From: an uncultured Bacteroidia bacterium
Lineage (GTDB): Bacteria > Bacteroidota > Bacteroidia > Bacteroidales > UBA932
Direction: 5' to 3'
Assembly (NCBI GenBank): GCA_902774145.1
Contig: CACYHC010000003.1
Span: 16,254 to 80,253, forward strand
Length of the DNA: 64,000 nucleotides
Each line of letters opens with the position of its first letter. Position 1 is the stretch's first letter. The position numbers were made by a program, and so were the translations under genes. The notes under the pieces were generated by a model. It did no database searches. It was not told the origin of the DNA and saw only the letters and a list, made by a program, of their open reading frames with translations. Shown here piece after piece: positions 26,208 to 38,649 of the stretch.

Positions 26208-28787
26208 TTATTGTAAAACAATGCAGGGCAGGGCCGACACTTCGTCGGATGCCAGCTGGAAGCTGTCCGTATAGCCGCTGCCCGCCAGGGTGAGCTTCGC
26301 GGGAATGGCCGTCTGGGCGCCCAGCGCGGAGCGCGGGACCGAGACTTCGCAGAGGAAGCCGTCGCGCCCGTCCGCCGTCTTGGCCGTACGGCTCGTGGCG
26401 GAAACGCCGCTCAGGGCGGAAGAGACCAGGCCGGAGGCGTTGACGGAAATCCGCTTGAGCGTACCGCCCACCGCCAGGTCCACATACGCAGCCGTAGCGG
26501 AGCCCACGGATTCCAGCAGGAGATAGAGTTTCGTATCGTCGTGCGCCGCCCGCAGGATCACCTGGTCCGGCGAAGAGGAGCCGGCAAAGAGGGCTTCGTG
26601 CGTCGTCCATTCGTTGTTGCGGCCGTCCTGCGTCACGGCAATGACCGGCGCGGCGATATCGTGATTGAGATAGAACTGCGCCACCTGCAGGGTCTTCGGA
26701 TCCTCGGTGCCGCCGATCCCGGCCACCAGGGTATGGCTGCCGGTCAGGCGGGTACTGCCCCAGAAGCCCAGGCCGACAATGGCGGAAGCCGCCGCGTCCA
26801 GCCCGGTAATCCCGGAAGGCATCATCGGCCGCGAGCCGAAGAAATGGCGGGCCTGGGCGTCGCCGATCATATAACGGAACTGATGTCCCGTGGCCCCCTC
26901 AACGTCGACATTATAGGCCAGCACCGTCTCTCCGGAAGGGAACTGCAGCAGATAGGGCGCGGCGCCTTTCGTGAAGTTGTTGTCCCGGTCCGCCGGGAAA
27001 TCCCCTTCGGTATCCAGGACGCCCCAGTCCATATCCGGGCCGGAATAGGCCGTACAGATCCGGAAGCCGGAACCCAAAGACTTTTTCAGCGACTCCCCCG
27101 CCCCCGCCAGGCCCGCGCCGGCATTCAGCACCAGGACCGTGGGCATCTGGTCCGAATAGAGATTCGTCCCGTCCACGTCGGAGGTGGTACGCAACTGATG
27201 ATAGGCCACCAGGTGATTGCCGTTTCCGTCCGTGGATACCCAGGAGGCGCCGTTGTCGTCTGAATAGATGTAGGAAACCCCGGAGCCCATCACTTCGGTG
27301 CCGTGCCAGGTGGTATTTCCAGCGGGATAGTAAGGCCGGGCGTCCGTGTAGTATATCTGGATGCGGCCCGACGGCAGCACCAGCGGGAACGGCTCCCAGC
27401 AGGTCCCCATCAGCACCAGCTGGTCGTCCGTCCAGGTCTGGCCGCCGTCCGAGGAGTAACGGATGGCGAGACCGCTGTCCAGGGGACGCAGTTTGTATTT
27501 GCTCCCGGGACGCGTGGCGGCCACCGCCAGGATGCGCCCGTCGGGCAGGGTACACAGGTCCGCACCGGCGTAGTAGCGGGCAAAGGTCTTCGGCAGTTCC
27601 TCGCTGTCGTAGTAGTCGCTCGTCTGGTTGTTCTTGATTTTGAAGAGTTTCTGTTCGAAGGTCCAGTTCACCAGGTTGGGACTGCGCAGGTATGAGCAGT
27701 AATTGCCCGCCCAGGTCGTCGAGTTGCCGTAATGGTAGAACATCAACCAGTCCCCGCGCGACGTCTTGATGAAACGCGGATACACCGCGCCGGTATTGCC
27801 GGAAATCAGGCCCAGCTGCTCTTCGGGGACTTGCACGTAAGTGCCGCCGATCATCGTGATGTTGGAACGGCCGTAGGCGCTTGCATGGGAATTTTCCGTA
27901 TGGCCCCAGGCGTTCATCTCCTCCCAGGTATTGAGTTCCGAGGTGGAATTGTCCACACCCGAAGCGCCGCCGTCGATATAGGTCCCCGTAGGCACAAAGG
28001 TCAGCGAGGTATTGTAAACATGCCCCGCTTCCGCCGGGAAGGAAGCCGCAGAGTTCTTGACCATATAATGCCCCGCCTCGTCCACGATCTCGACGGAAAG
28101 GCCCTGCACATAGGTCTTCGGCGCAAAGGAAAGCACCACTTCCGCGCCGAGCGGAATGCCGTCCGTACTTTCCACGACCACTGCAGACGCTCCGCCGGCA
28201 CGGTCCGTCAGCGCGATGAAATTCGTCGTGAAGGCACCCGCCATCTGCTCGCCACCCCGCGCGGTCAACTTTATGCGACGGATGGCGTGCGTGTTATGCG
28301 TACCCGCCTCGACCGTCAGCCGCATCATTGCGAAGGAAGGGGAAAAGGTCAGCGCGCCGTTGCTCCCCGCCGCCAGCATCAAGCCGGCAGCCGGGTCGTA
28401 ACTCCCCTCTACATAACGCTGTGCCGGGGGAAGCGTCACCACCGCCGAACCGGAGGAATAGGTCACCAGCGCCGATGCGGGGCTCACCGCATAATACGGC
28501 GTATTGAGCAGCGCGCCCGTGAAGGTGAAACGCGCGCCCGTCGAAGGGACATAGCCGCTCTCCAGCGGATCGGAGGCATAGCCGTTGACCGCAATGGCGT
28601 CGCCGGGCTGCCAATACAGGTTGATGATGTTGCCGGTCTTGTCCCCGAAGGCGGTACGCCCTTCCTGCGGGATATTCGCTTCAATGACCGTCACCTGTGG
28701 ACCAGCATTTTCGACCGTACACGCCGCCGGAAGCAGCATCGCCGCCGCGGCCCTGATTAAAGTTCTCATGCGTCTCATCACTTCCAT
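26208..28787 (-). CDS. Lipoprotein: fimbrillin-like N-terminal domain, BNR/sialidase-like beta-propeller, C-terminal beta-sandwich
   Basis: Lipobox LPAAC; RTAFGD...YWQPGDAIAVNG fimbrillin-like start; Asp-boxes YSSDGGQTW and YSDDNGASW; YPRF and WEPF motifs. True start may be 28769 or 28778. Confidence 0.72.
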   Translation of the reverse strand: MEVMRRMRTLIRAAAAMLLPAACTVENAGPQVTVIEANIPQEGRTAFGDKTGNIINLYWQPGDAIAVNGYASDPLESGYVPSTGARFTFTGALLNTPYYAVSPASALVTYSSGSAVVTLPPAQRYVEGSYDPAAGLMLAAGSNGALTFSPSFAMMRLTVEAGTHNTHAIRRIKLTARGGEQMAGAFTTNFIALTDRAGGASAVVVESTDGIPLGAEVVLSFAPKTYVQGLSVEIVDEAGHYMVKNSAASFPAEAGHVYNTSLTFVPTGTYIDGGASGVDNSTSELNTWEEMNAWGHTENSHASAYGRSNITMIGGTYVQVPEEQLGLISGNTGAVYPRFIKTSRGDWLMFYHYGNSTTWAGNYCSYLRSPNLVNWTFEQKLFKIKNNQTSDYYDSEELPKTFARYYAGADLCTLPDGRILAVAATRPGSKYKLRPLDSGLAIRYSSDGGQTWTDDQLVLMGTCWEPFPLVLPSGRIQIYYTDARPYYPAGNTTWHGTEVMGSGVSYIYSDDNGASWVSTDGNGNHLVAYHQLRTTSDVDGTNLYSDQMPTVLVLNAGAGLAGAGESLKKSLGSGFRICTAYSGPDMDWGVLDTEGDFPADRDNNFTKGAAPYLLQFPSGETVLAYNVDVEGATGHQFRYMIGDAQARHFFGSRPMMPSGITGLDAAASAIVGLGFWGSTRLTGSHTLVAGIGGTEDPKTLQVAQFYLNHDIAAPVIAVTQDGRNNEWTTHEALFAGSSSPDQVILRAAHDDTKLYLLLESVGSATAAYVDLAVGGTLKRISVNASGLVSSALSGVSATSRTAKTADGRDGFLCEVSVPRSALGAQTAIPAKLTLAGSGYTDSFQLASDEVSALPCIVLQ

Positions 28788-28830
28788 TCTGTACTTCTAT
28801 GACAGATTCAGCGAAGATAAGCATTTTTCG

Positions 28831-29616
28831 TTACAAAAGCATATTTATGTTTCGCTGGCGGACAGCTTCGTAGAGGAGGATGGCGGCGCTGACGGAAACA
28901 TTGAGAGAGTCCACGATGCCGTTCATCGGGATGAGGATGTGGGCGTCGGCGGCCTTGCGCCACGCGTCGCCGAGACCGAGGGCCTCGCTGCCCATCACCA
29001 GGGCGGTACCGGCGGTCATCTCCGTACCGTAATAGGGTTTGCTGTCCTGGAGCTGCGCGGTCAGGATGCGGATCCCCCTTTCCTTAAGGAAGGCGATGGC
29101 CTGCGGCGTGGTGCAGCAGACGACGGGGAGGCTGAACACGGCGCCCAGGCTGGCGCGGATGAGGTTGGGGTTGTAGAGATCGGTGAGCGGATCGCAGACG
29201 AGGACGGCGTCGGCGCCGGCAGCATCGGCGGTGCGCAGGACTGCACCGAGGTTCCCGGGTTTCTCGACGCTTTCCATTACCACAACCAGCGGATTTTCAG
29301 GAAGTTGCAAGTTTTCCAAAGACAGATGGCGGGCCTTTACCTCGGCCATCACCCCTTCGGTCCCCCCGCGGTACGCCACCTTCTCGTACACTCCCCGGCT
29401 CAGTTCAAAGACTTTGCCGGCGGCAGCAAAGTCGCCGGCAATCTCCGGGCAGACGAAAAGCGTATCGACGGTGAAGCCGGAGGCCACGCAGCGCTCGATC
29501 TCGCGCCGCCCCTCCACGACAAACAGCCCCGTCTCCCGCCGCAGGGAAGACTTCTCCTGCAGGGCGAGCAGCCGCTTGACCTTGGGGTTCTGTGCAGAGC
29601 TGATCCGTTCTTCCAT
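28831..29616 (-). CDS. TrmH/SpoU family RNA methyltransferase
   Basis: EKPGNLGAVLRTADAAG, LVMGSEALG, IPMNGIVDSLNVSVSAAILLYE. Confidence 0.9.
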   Translation of the reverse strand: MEERISSAQNPKVKRLLALQEKSSLRRETGLFVVEGRREIERCVASGFTVDTLFVCPEIAGDFAAAGKVFELSRGVYEKVAYRGGTEGVMAEVKARHLSLENLQLPENPLVVVMESVEKPGNLGAVLRTADAAGADAVLVCDPLTDLYNPNLIRASLGAVFSLPVVCCTTPQAIAFLKERGIRILTAQLQDSKPYYGTEMTAGTALVMGSEALGLGDAWRKAADAHILIPMNGIVDSLNVSVSAAILLYEAVRQRNINMLL

Positions 29617-29618
29617 CG

Positions 29619-31700
29619 TTATTTCCGAAATTCAAAAGACTGGTCCGGGCCGCTCACCCGAAGGGCGCCGTCCGGCAAACATTCCAGCGTCCAGCGGAGG
29701 GCGCCTTTTTCGGCCGTAAAAATCCCGTCCCCGCCCCGGAGCGTCCAGGCGTCGATATCGCCGGGCGTATCCAGCGCAATGATGTGGACCGAGCGGCTTT
29801 CCGCCGCGGCTTCCGTCTCGATTAGGGCAAAGGAAATCCCGCTCCCGGGCCGGCCTTCGCAAAACTGACCCGGCAGGGAGTGATAGGCATCGTGCATCAG
29901 GGCCCAGGTGGGACCGGTCAGGCGGCCCGGCGTCCCGAAACGCTGCATCTTCATCGCGGCCCCGGGGCGCACGGCCCGGATGAGCCCGGGCTGGTCGTAC
30001 TGATAGGAAAGGGCGCCGTCCCGGTTGTCCAACAGCCAGTTCCAGCGGACGGTGAGGGGCTCGTCGGCCCGGATCTGGTCCACGACGAACACCACGGACG
30101 CGCCGCAGAGGACGGCCGCGCGCCGGAACGCCCGAAGGGGCGCACCGTAGAGTTCCGCAGCATCCGAGGCAAGCACGGAAACTTCCCCTTTTCTTTCACA
30201 CATCAGCCGCTCGCCGCCGAAGCGGTACAGCCCTTCCGGCTCCCATTTGGGGCCGAGTTCCCGGCGGTAACGGCGGCCTACACCTTTCTGCTCGAGACGG
30301 CGGCCGTCGGCGGTCTCGAAGGTACAGCTATTGTGGCTGGACGTGGCTACGTCCAATGTACGGGTGAGGTTGCGGTAGCAGCTGTGGCCCGCATCGGCGA
30401 GCATCCTTTCCCCGTTAAAATACAGTTGTAGACTGTTGAAATCGTGGTGCAGATGTCCCGTCGCGTGCAGGAGTTCCGGGGGCATACGCAGGGCCAGGAC
30501 GGTCTTGCCGTCCCAGGCGTCCCGGGCAAAGGCGTCGCCGGAAGAAAAGGCGCGGACGGGCGCATACCCCGCTTCGGAGGGCGAAAGAGGGGCCGCGGCG
30601 AGGGGGGCGAGCAGCACGGACAGGAAGCCGAAATCATTGATAAAGCCGAAACTGGCCATATCGTGGACGGCGGGGGCGCCGACCGGACGGTAGGTCCGGT
30701 CGAAGAGCCAGGCGGCAATGCCCGCCTGGCGCGGCAGGCACTGCCCGCCCCTGCCGGCGACATACAGCAAAAAGTCCCCGGACGGGCGGAACACCGCCGC
30801 ACAGTCCCCGAAATTGACGCTGCGGGGCATCTCCGCCGCGATGGGCCAGCCGAAAACCGGCCGGCGGGTCACATAGGCATAGGCCGCCCAGTCCACCAGG
30901 CGGGCATAGGGGTCCGGTCCCCCGTTCAGCGCAACGCCGGCGCGAAGCAGGGTCTCGTGCGCAAGCATCAGGGCATACGCCGCATAGCCGGCATACTGCA
31001 GCGTCTCGCCGTAACTCCCGTCTTCCTGGAAATGGTCCAGGGCCACCGGAAACCAGGCCGCGGCATAATCCAGCGCCTCCTTGTCCCCAAGGACGGCGGC
31101 GGCCACCGTAAAGCCGGCGTAAAGTACACAGTTCCAGTTGTGATAGGGCCGGTTGCTCTCCAGATAGCGGCGACAGGGCTGCAGGCCCTTTTCCCGCAGG
31201 GCCGAGCGGATTTCCACCGTCTGGGCGGGAGTGAACAGGTCGCCCGCCATATCCAGGCAGAGGGCTACGCTCCAGCTCAGGTGGGCCGTTTCCAGGCCCC
31301 CGGTCATCACCCCGCCGCGGTACCGGCGGAAGGGCGGCCCCGCCCAGTCGGCAACGGGCCTCCGGACCAGGTCCAGCACATTGGCGCGCAGCCACTCGTC
31401 ACCCTGCCGCGTAGGGGCGAGGGCGTGCACGAGCGCCGCATCGGTCAGGTATTCGGAAACGTGGTGCCACCACTGCGTCGTGGCGGAAGCATCGTCTATC
31501 CCCGGGCAGCCATTGCGCGCGTTCACCCGGAGACGGATGGCTTCGAAAAGTTCGTGGCTGAGGGCGTCCTGCCCTTCGGCGCGGTATTGCCGTACTTCGG
31601 CGGGGGTGGCGAAAAGGCGCGCCTGCCGGCCCTCCGCCCCCGGAGCGCAGAGCAGCAGCGCGGCGAGAAACGCCAGGAGTCCCCGCACGGCCGGCCTCAT
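29619..31700 (-). CDS. Secreted heparinase II/III-family (polysaccharide lyase-like) protein
   Basis: Signal peptide from ATG 31700 (ATGA overlap with the lysS stop); [22 protein letters not shown]..., DAGHSCY...TSSHNS motifs. Confidence 0.72.
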   Translation of the reverse strand: MRPAVRGLLAFLAALLLCAPGAEGRQARLFATPAEVRQYRAEGQDALSHELFEAIRLRVNARNGCPGIDDASATTQWWHHVSEYLTDAALVHALAPTRQGDEWLRANVLDLVRRPVADWAGPPFRRYRGGVMTGGLETAHLSWSVALCLDMAGDLFTPAQTVEIRSALREKGLQPCRRYLESNRPYHNWNCVLYAGFTVAAAVLGDKEALDYAAAWFPVALDHFQEDGSYGETLQYAGYAAYALMLAHETLLRAGVALNGGPDPYARLVDWAAYAYVTRRPVFGWPIAAEMPRSVNFGDCAAVFRPSGDFLLYVAGRGGQCLPRQAGIAAWLFDRTYRPVGAPAVHDMASFGFINDFGFLSVLLAPLAAAPLSPSEAGYAPVRAFSSGDAFARDAWDGKTVLALRMPPELLHATGHLHHDFNSLQLYFNGERMLADAGHSCYRNLTRTLDVATSSHNSCTFETADGRRLEQKGVGRRYRRELGPKWEPEGLYRFGGERLMCERKGEVSVLASDAAELYGAPLRAFRRAAVLCGASVVFVVDQIRADEPLTVRWNWLLDNRDGALSYQYDQPGLIRAVRPGAAMKMQRFGTPGRLTGPTWALMHDAYHSLPGQFCEGRPGSGISFALIETEAAAESRSVHIIALDTPGDIDAWTLRGGDGIFTAEKGALRWTLECLPDGALRVSGPDQSFEFRK

Positions 31701-33226
31701 TCCTTCGGGCACTCCTTGCGGAGCGGCTTCTCCGGCCGCATCTGCGGGAAGAAGAGCACGTCCTGGATGGCGGTCTGGCCGGTCATGAACATCGTCAGAC
31801 GGTCGATGCCCATCCCCAGCCCCGAAGTGGGCGGCATACCGTATTCGAGCGCACGGACGAAGTCATAGTCGATGAACATCGCCTCGTCGTCGCCCTTGCT
31901 CTTGAGCGCGGCCTGCTCCTGGAAACGCTCCAACTGGTCGATCGGGTCGTTCAGCTCGCTGTAGGCGTTCGCGAGCTCCTTGCCGCAGACAAAGAGTTCG
32001 AAGCGCTCGGTCAGCGTCGGGTCCTCGCGGTGGCGCTTGGTCAGCGGGGACATCTCGACGGGATAGTCGGTGATGAAGGTCGGCTGGATGAGTTTTTCCT
32101 CGCAATAGGCGCCGAAAATCGCGTCAATCAGCTTGCCTTTGCCCATCGACGGCTCGATTTCCACCTTCAGCTTTTTGCAGGTATCGCGCAGGGCCGCTTC
32201 GTCCATGCCCTTCACGTCGACGCCGGCATACTCCCTGATTGCTTCGAGGATGGGCAGCCGGCGGTAGCTTCCGCCAAAGTCCACCTGGTTCCCGGCGATG
32301 TCCACGACCGTCGTCCCGTTCACCGCCGTCGCCACCTTCGCGAGCATCTTCTCCACGAAATCCATCATCCAGTTGTAGTCCTTGTAGGCGACATAGATTT
32401 CCATACAGGTGAACTCCGGGTTGTGGGTCTTGTCCATACCCTCGTTGCGGAAATCCTTGGCGAATTCATACACGCCGTTGTAGCCGCCCACAATCAGGCG
32501 CTTGAGGTATAACTCATTGGCAATCCGCAGGTAAAGCGGGATGTCGAGGGCGTTGTGGTGCGTGATGAAGGGGCGTGCCGTAGCGCCGCCGGGGATGCTC
32601 TGCAGGATGGGGGTCTCCACCTCCAGGCAGCCGGCCGCGTTGAAGTACTCGCGCATCGTCGCGACGATTTTCGCGCGCTTGACGAAGGTATCGCGCACCT
32701 GTGGGTTCACGATGAGGTCCACGTAGCGCTGACGGTAGCGCAGTTCCGGATCCGTGAAGGCGTCGAAGACCTGTCCGTCGAGTTCCTTGACGATGGGCAG
32801 CACCCGCAGCGACTTGCTCAGCACCGTCAGTTCCCGCACGTGAATGGAGAGCTGGCCGGTCTGGGTGATGAAGGCGAAGCCCTTGACGCCGATGATGTCG
32901 CCGATGTCGAGGAGTTTCTTCCAGACGGTGTTGTACATCGTCTTGTCCTCGCCGGGGCAGATTTCGTCGCGTTTGACGTAAATCTGTATGCGGCCGGAGG
33001 CGTCCTGCAGTTCGCCGAAGGAGGCGGCGCCCATGATGCGGCGGCTCATCAGGCGGCCCGCCAGGCAGACGTCGGCGAAGTTGCCCTGTTCGGGATTGTA
33101 CTGCGCCGCAATCTGTGCGGCTTCGGCGTTGACCGGGTATTGGGCTGCGGGATAGGGCTCGATGCCCAGTTCGCGCAGTTTCGCAAGGGATTCCCTTCTG
33201 ATCAGTTCTTGTTCACTATATTCCAT
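31697..33226 (-). CDS. lysS: Lysine--tRNA ligase (class II)
   Basis: [45 protein letters not shown]. Confidence 0.97.
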   Translation of the reverse strand: MEYSEQELIRRESLAKLRELGIEPYPAAQYPVNAEAAQIAAQYNPEQGNFADVCLAGRLMSRRIMGAASFGELQDASGRIQIYVKRDEICPGEDKTMYNTVWKKLLDIGDIIGVKGFAFITQTGQLSIHVRELTVLSKSLRVLPIVKELDGQVFDAFTDPELRYRQRYVDLIVNPQVRDTFVKRAKIVATMREYFNAAGCLEVETPILQSIPGGATARPFITHHNALDIPLYLRIANELYLKRLIVGGYNGVYEFAKDFRNEGMDKTHNPEFTCMEIYVAYKDYNWMMDFVEKMLAKVATAVNGTTVVDIAGNQVDFGGSYRRLPILEAIREYAGVDVKGMDEAALRDTCKKLKVEIEPSMGKGKLIDAIFGAYCEEKLIQPTFITDYPVEMSPLTKRHREDPTLTERFELFVCGKELANAYSELNDPIDQLERFQEQAALKSKGDDEAMFIDYDFVRALEYGMPPTSGLGMGIDRLTMFMTGQTAIQDVLFFPQMRPEKPLRKECPKE

Positions 33227-35091
33227 TATTTCAAAATATTATTCAACAAATCCGATATTTTTTCGGTGGAGAGGCCGCAGGCGGCGCGCTGGTCGGCCTG
33301 ACGGCCGTGCGGGATGAAGCGGTCGGGGATGCCGACACCGTGGATGCGCACGGCCGCGCCCTTTGTCTGCGCATATTCGCAAACGGCCCCGTAGAGACCG
33401 CCGGAAAGGCAGCCGTCCTCGACGGTCACAATCTCCCGGCAGCGCGGGAGGATGCCGTCGAGCAGCGCGGTATCCAGCGGTTTGAGGAAACGCAGGTCGC
33501 ATACGCCTACGCGCCCGTCGAAGGCGGCAGCCGCCTCTACGGCGCGATTGACCGCCGGTCCCAGCGCGAGCACCATAACCTCGCTGCCGTCGAGCAGCAT
33601 TTCGCCGCGGCCGACGGAGATATCCGGGGCCGGCGCCGTCTTCCATTCCACGCCTTCGCCCGTCCCGCGCGGATACCTTATTATATAAGGGCCGCCGGGA
33701 TAGCGCAGCGCGGCGTACATAAGCCCCTTCAGTTCCCGTTCATTGCGCGGCGCACTGACCACGGCGCCCGGGATGCTGCGATAGGCCGCCAGGTCAAAAA
33801 TACCGTGGTGGGTGGCGCCGTCTTCGCCCACGAGGCCGGCCCGGTCGAAACAGAGCACGACCGGCAGGTTCTGCAGGGCCACGTCGTGGATGATCTGGTC
33901 GTAGGCGCGCTGCGAGAAGGCCGAATAGATATTGCAGAACGGCCGCATTCCCCCGGCGGCAAGGCCCGCGGAGAAGGTCACGGCGTGTTCTTCCTCGATG
34001 CCCACGTCGAAGAAACGCTCCGGATGGCGCCGTTCCAGCGCGGTCATCCCGCAGCCGCTGGCCATTGCGGGCGTTACGCCGACGACGCGCGGGTCCGCCT
34101 CGCAAAGCTGGCAGAGCACCTCGCCGAAGACATCCTGGTAGCGGTCCGCGGGGTAGTTGGAGACGATGCGATCGCCGGTGTCCGGATTGAACTTGCCAGG
34201 AGCGTGCCAGACGACGGGATCCGCCTCGGCGGGCGCATAGCCCTTGCCCTTGACGGTAATGCAGTGCAGCAGGCGCGGTCCCTTCATCCGCCGGAGGCGG
34301 CGCAGGGCGCGGACGACCTGGTCGATGTCGTTGCCGTCCACCGGCCCGAAGTAGCGCAGCCCCAGGGACTCGAAGAAATCGCCGCCGCTGCGCTTGACGA
34401 ACCAGGATTTGATGGCGCGCACGCTGCGCTGGAGACCGCGGCGCACGCGGCCCTCGCCGAGCGCTTTCCAGACATTGTTCTTGATGCGGTTGTAGCCCCG
34501 GCTGGTGGTCAGATGCAGCAGATAGTTGTGCAGGGCCCCGCGGGGCGCGTCGATGCTCTGGTTGTTGTCGTTCAGGAGAATCAGGATGTCGGCGTTGCTC
34601 TCGCCGGCATTGTTCAGGCCCTCGAAAGCGAGTCCGCCGGTCAGGGCGCCGTCGCCGATCAGGGCCGCCACCTTGTAGCCCAGCCCCTGCATGCGCGCCG
34701 CTTCCGCCAGCCCGAGCGCCGCCGAGACGGACGTGGACGAATGGCCCGCGCCGAAAGCGTCGTAGGGACTCTCGGACATCTTCGGGAAGCCGCTGGGACC
34801 GTCCTGGGCACGCAGACGGCGGAACGCCTCCCGCCGGCCGGTCAGGATTTTATGGGCATAGGCCTGGTGTCCCACGTCGAAGACGATCTTGTCCTCCGGC
34901 GTGTGGAAGACGTAATGATACCCGACAATGAGTTCCACCGCACCCAGGCTCGAACCCAGGTGGCCCGGGCTCTGCGCGCAGCACTTCACCATATAGTCAC
35001 GGACCTCCGCACAGAGGGTGCGGAGTTCGTCTATACGCAATGACCGGAAATCTTCCGGGGAATCAATCTTGTCGAGGTATTTGTACATCAA
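33226..35091 (-). CDS. dxs: 1-deoxy-D-xylulose-5-phosphate synthase
   Basis: [46 protein letters not shown]. Confidence 0.95.
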   Translation of the reverse strand: MMYKYLDKIDSPEDFRSLRIDELRTLCAEVRDYMVKCCAQSPGHLGSSLGAVELIVGYHYVFHTPEDKIVFDVGHQAYAHKILTGRREAFRRLRAQDGPSGFPKMSESPYDAFGAGHSSTSVSAALGLAEAARMQGLGYKVAALIGDGALTGGLAFEGLNNAGESNADILILLNDNNQSIDAPRGALHNYLLHLTTSRGYNRIKNNVWKALGEGRVRRGLQRSVRAIKSWFVKRSGGDFFESLGLRYFGPVDGNDIDQVVRALRRLRRMKGPRLLHCITVKGKGYAPAEADPVVWHAPGKFNPDTGDRIVSNYPADRYQDVFGEVLCQLCEADPRVVGVTPAMASGCGMTALERRHPERFFDVGIEEEHAVTFSAGLAAGGMRPFCNIYSAFSQRAYDQIIHDVALQNLPVVLCFDRAGLVGEDGATHHGIFDLAAYRSIPGAVVSAPRNERELKGLMYAALRYPGGPYIIRYPRGTGEGVEWKTAPAPDISVGRGEMLLDGSEVMVLALGPAVNRAVEAAAAFDGRVGVCDLRFLKPLDTALLDGILPRCREIVTVEDGCLSGGLYGAVCEYAQTKGAAVRIHGVGIPDRFIPHGRQADQRAACGLSTEKISDLLNNILK

Positions 35092-36524
35092 TCCTGCGAA
35101 GATACGGAATCTTCCCGGATATTCGGCAATTCAAGGCCGAAACCTTTGCGCCGGTCCTCGATTTTCAGGACAAAGCCGAGCAGGAGCGCCACGCCGCCCA
35201 GCGAGGCGAAAACGAGCATCGGCACGGTATAATCGTACTGCAGGGGGTCGGTAATGCCGGGGTTCGTCGCGCTGAGCACGCTGCCGATGATCATCGGGAA
35301 GGCATACAGTCCGATGTTCTGGATCCAGAAAATCAGCGCATACGCCGATCCGAGCAGTTTGTTGTCGATGAGCTTCGGGACGCTCGGCCAGAGCGCCGCC
35401 GGCACCAGCGAGAAGGAAATGCCCAGCAGGATGATGGCCAGGTAGGTGATGACGACGGACTGCGTCGCCGGAACGACGAGCGCGAAGGTCAGGTGACAGA
35501 GAATCATCAGCAGTGCGCCGAGCATCAGCATCGTCGCGCCCTTGCCCTTGCGGTCGAGGAAATTGCCCAGGAAAGGCGTAATGGCCGCGGCTCCCAGCGG
35601 GAACACGAAAAACACGCGGCCCGCCTGCTCGGCGGTATAGCCCAGGTTGCACTGGAGCATATTGATGGCGTACTTCTGGAAGGGGAAAATCGCGCTGTAA
35701 TAGAGCACGCAGAGCAGTGCGACAATCCAGAACATCTTGAGCGACAGGATTTTGCCGATATCGCTGACCTTGAACGGGTCGTCCTTTTCCTCCGCGACGC
35801 CCTGTGCGTCCAGACGCTTGTCCAGAAAGCCGTAGACAATGAACAGGATCAGCGCGATGCAGAGCAGCACGACGCCGAAGGCCACCGGACGGGAGACGCT
35901 GGCGGGCGCCATCGACGCGATGACCGGCGAGCCGAGCATCACCACCGCCACGCCGATGCGGGCGACGGCCATCTCCACGCCCATCGCGAGCGCCATTTCC
36001 TTGCCCTGGAACCACTTGACGATACCGCGGGACACCGTGATGCCCGCCATCTCGCAGCCGCAGCCGAAAATCATAAAGCCCATCGAGGCGAGTTTCGCCG
36101 AACCGGGCATACCTTTATAAAAAGGAGTGACGTTCCACCAGGCTTCGGGCAGGTTCAGGTGCGCGTCGAACCAGGCCTGCGCGCCGCTGCCGGCAAAGCC
36201 CTCGCTGACCGCATAGTATTTGACCACCGCGCCCGCGAGCATCACGGCGCCGGAAAGGACGGCCGTGAAGCGCACCCCCATCTTGTCGAGGATGATGCCC
36301 GCGAAGATCAGGAAGAAGACGAAGACATTGAGGAAGGTCTCGGAGCCGGCATAGTGCCCGTAGGCCACCGGATCCCAGCCCCGCTGCGTCTGCAGCATCT
36401 CCTGGAGCGGAGAAAGGATATCCATAAAGATGTAGGCGGCGATGTTCGCCGCGGCAAGCAGGGACAGAGCGGTCCAGCGCATCGCCGGAGAGTCACTGAG
36501 CAGGGGTTTACGCGTTTCAGCCAT
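35088..36524 (-). CDS. MFS transporter
   Basis: About 12 hydrophobic segments, GIILDKMGVR motif A. Start moved to ATG 36524 (MAETRKPLLSDS) because the ORF-track extension runs into the divergent promoter region. Confidence 0.85.
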   Translation of the reverse strand: MAETRKPLLSDSPAMRWTALSLLAAANIAAYIFMDILSPLQEMLQTQRGWDPVAYGHYAGSETFLNVFVFFLIFAGIILDKMGVRFTAVLSGAVMLAGAVVKYYAVSEGFAGSGAQAWFDAHLNLPEAWWNVTPFYKGMPGSAKLASMGFMIFGCGCEMAGITVSRGIVKWFQGKEMALAMGVEMAVARIGVAVVMLGSPVIASMAPASVSRPVAFGVVLLCIALILFIVYGFLDKRLDAQGVAEEKDDPFKVSDIGKILSLKMFWIVALLCVLYYSAIFPFQKYAINMLQCNLGYTAEQAGRVFFVFPLGAAAITPFLGNFLDRKGKGATMLMLGALLMILCHLTFALVVPATQSVVITYLAIILLGISFSLVPAALWPSVPKLIDNKLLGSAYALIFWIQNIGLYAFPMIIGSVLSATNPGITDPLQYDYTVPMLVFASLGGVALLLGFVLKIEDRRKGFGLELPNIREDSVSSQD

Positions 36525-36578
36525 TGTCGTACAATTCGTTTTGAGTGGCCGAAGGTAGCAATTTTTTATCAAATATGT

Positions 36579-36609
36579 TTTGGATTTTTGAAAAATATAT
36601 CTACCTTTG
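36579..36609 (+). promoter_or_regulatory. Promoter of the tRNA-tuf operon
   Basis: TTTG (36579-36582), 19-nt spacer, TACCTTTG (36602-36609). Confidence 0.75.
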
Positions 36610-36650
36610 CAGTCCCTTTGCAGAAAGGGTCTTTGAAATACAGAAGTTTT

Positions 36651-36724
36651 GCCGATATAGCTCAGCCGGCCAGAGCGCGTGATTTGTAATCTCGAGGTCG
36701 TGGGTTCGACTCCCTCTATCGGCT
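36651..36724 (+). tRNA. tRNA-Thr(UGU)
   Basis: GCCGATA/TATCGGC acceptor stem, anticodon loop TT-TGT-AA, GTTCGAC T-loop. Confidence 0.92.
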
Positions 36725-36741
36725 CAACGAAAGCGATATCC

Positions 36742-36826
36742 GGGTGAGTACCAGAGCGGTCAAATGGGGCAGACTGTAAATCTGCTGGCGATGCCTACGG
36801 TGGTTCGAATCCATCCTCACCCACCA
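36742..36826 (+). tRNA. tRNA-Tyr(GUA)
   Basis: GGGTGAG/CTCACCC stem, CT-GTA-AA loop, long variable arm, encoded CCA. Confidence 0.95.
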
Positions 36827-36857
36827 AGCGGAAGAGAATCGCGGCTTCCGCCATCTT

Positions 36858-36932
36858 GCGGGGTTCGTATAATGGCTATTATGCCAGCCTTCCAAGCTGG
36901 AAATGGGAGTTCGATTCTCCTACCCCGCTCCA
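36858..36932 (+). tRNA. tRNA-Gly(UCC)
   Basis: GCGGGGT/ACCCCGC stem, CT-TCC-AA loop, GTTCGAT, encoded CCA. Confidence 0.93.
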
Positions 36933-36941
36933 CATTAAAAA

Positions 36942-37013
<72 letters not shown>

Positions 37014-37047
37014 CTTTTTTGTTGATAACAACTTTATACATAATATT

Positions 37048-38235
<1,188 letters not shown>

Positions 38236-38253
38236 GAGAAACTGAATTCCGCT

Positions 38254-38281
38254 GCGGGCGCCCGGGTAACCGGGGGCCCGC
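38254..38281 (+). other. GNRA-capped hairpin between tuf and tRNA-Trp (possible processing/stability element)
   Basis: GCGGGCGCCCGG-GTAA-CCGGGGGCCCGC with one mismatch; no U-tract. Confidence 0.5.
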
Positions 38282-38285
38282 ATTC

Positions 38286-38359
38286 AGGGGAATAGAACAA
38301 GGGTAGTTCAGCGGTCTCCAAAACCGTCGATGTGGGTTCGAATCCTGCTTCCCCTGCCA
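38286..38359 (+). tRNA. tRNA-Trp(CCA)
   Basis: AGGGGAA/TTCCCCT stem, CT-CCA-AA loop, GTTCGAAT, encoded CCA. Confidence 0.93.
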
Positions 38360-38442
38360 ATATCAAGGGTTACGACTTGATAAAGTTTTAACCGATGCCG
38401 CATCTTCCGCTTCCAAACCCGCGGCATCCATTAAAAGTGAAG

Positions 38443-38631
38443 ATGAGAAAGTTTGTCAATTATTTGAAGGAGTCCTACGTGGAGCTCACGCAGAAGACCA
38501 CGTGGCCCAGCTGGCCGAAGCTGCAGGAAAGTGCGGTCCAGGTACTGGTGGCTACGATCGTGCTCGCTGCCGTGCTCTTCGTCGTGGATTTCGCCTTCCA
38601 GCACCTGATGACTGCGATCTACACACTGTAA
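38443..38631 (+). CDS. secE: Preprotein translocase subunit SecE
   Basis: ESYVELTQKTTWPSW plus one TM helix; start at ATG 38443; canonical position. Confidence 0.92.
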   Translation: MRKFVNYLKESYVELTQKTTWPSWPKLQESAVQVLVATIVLAAVLFVVDFAFQHLMTAIYTL

Positions 38632-38649
38632 CTTTATCGACAGACTCCA

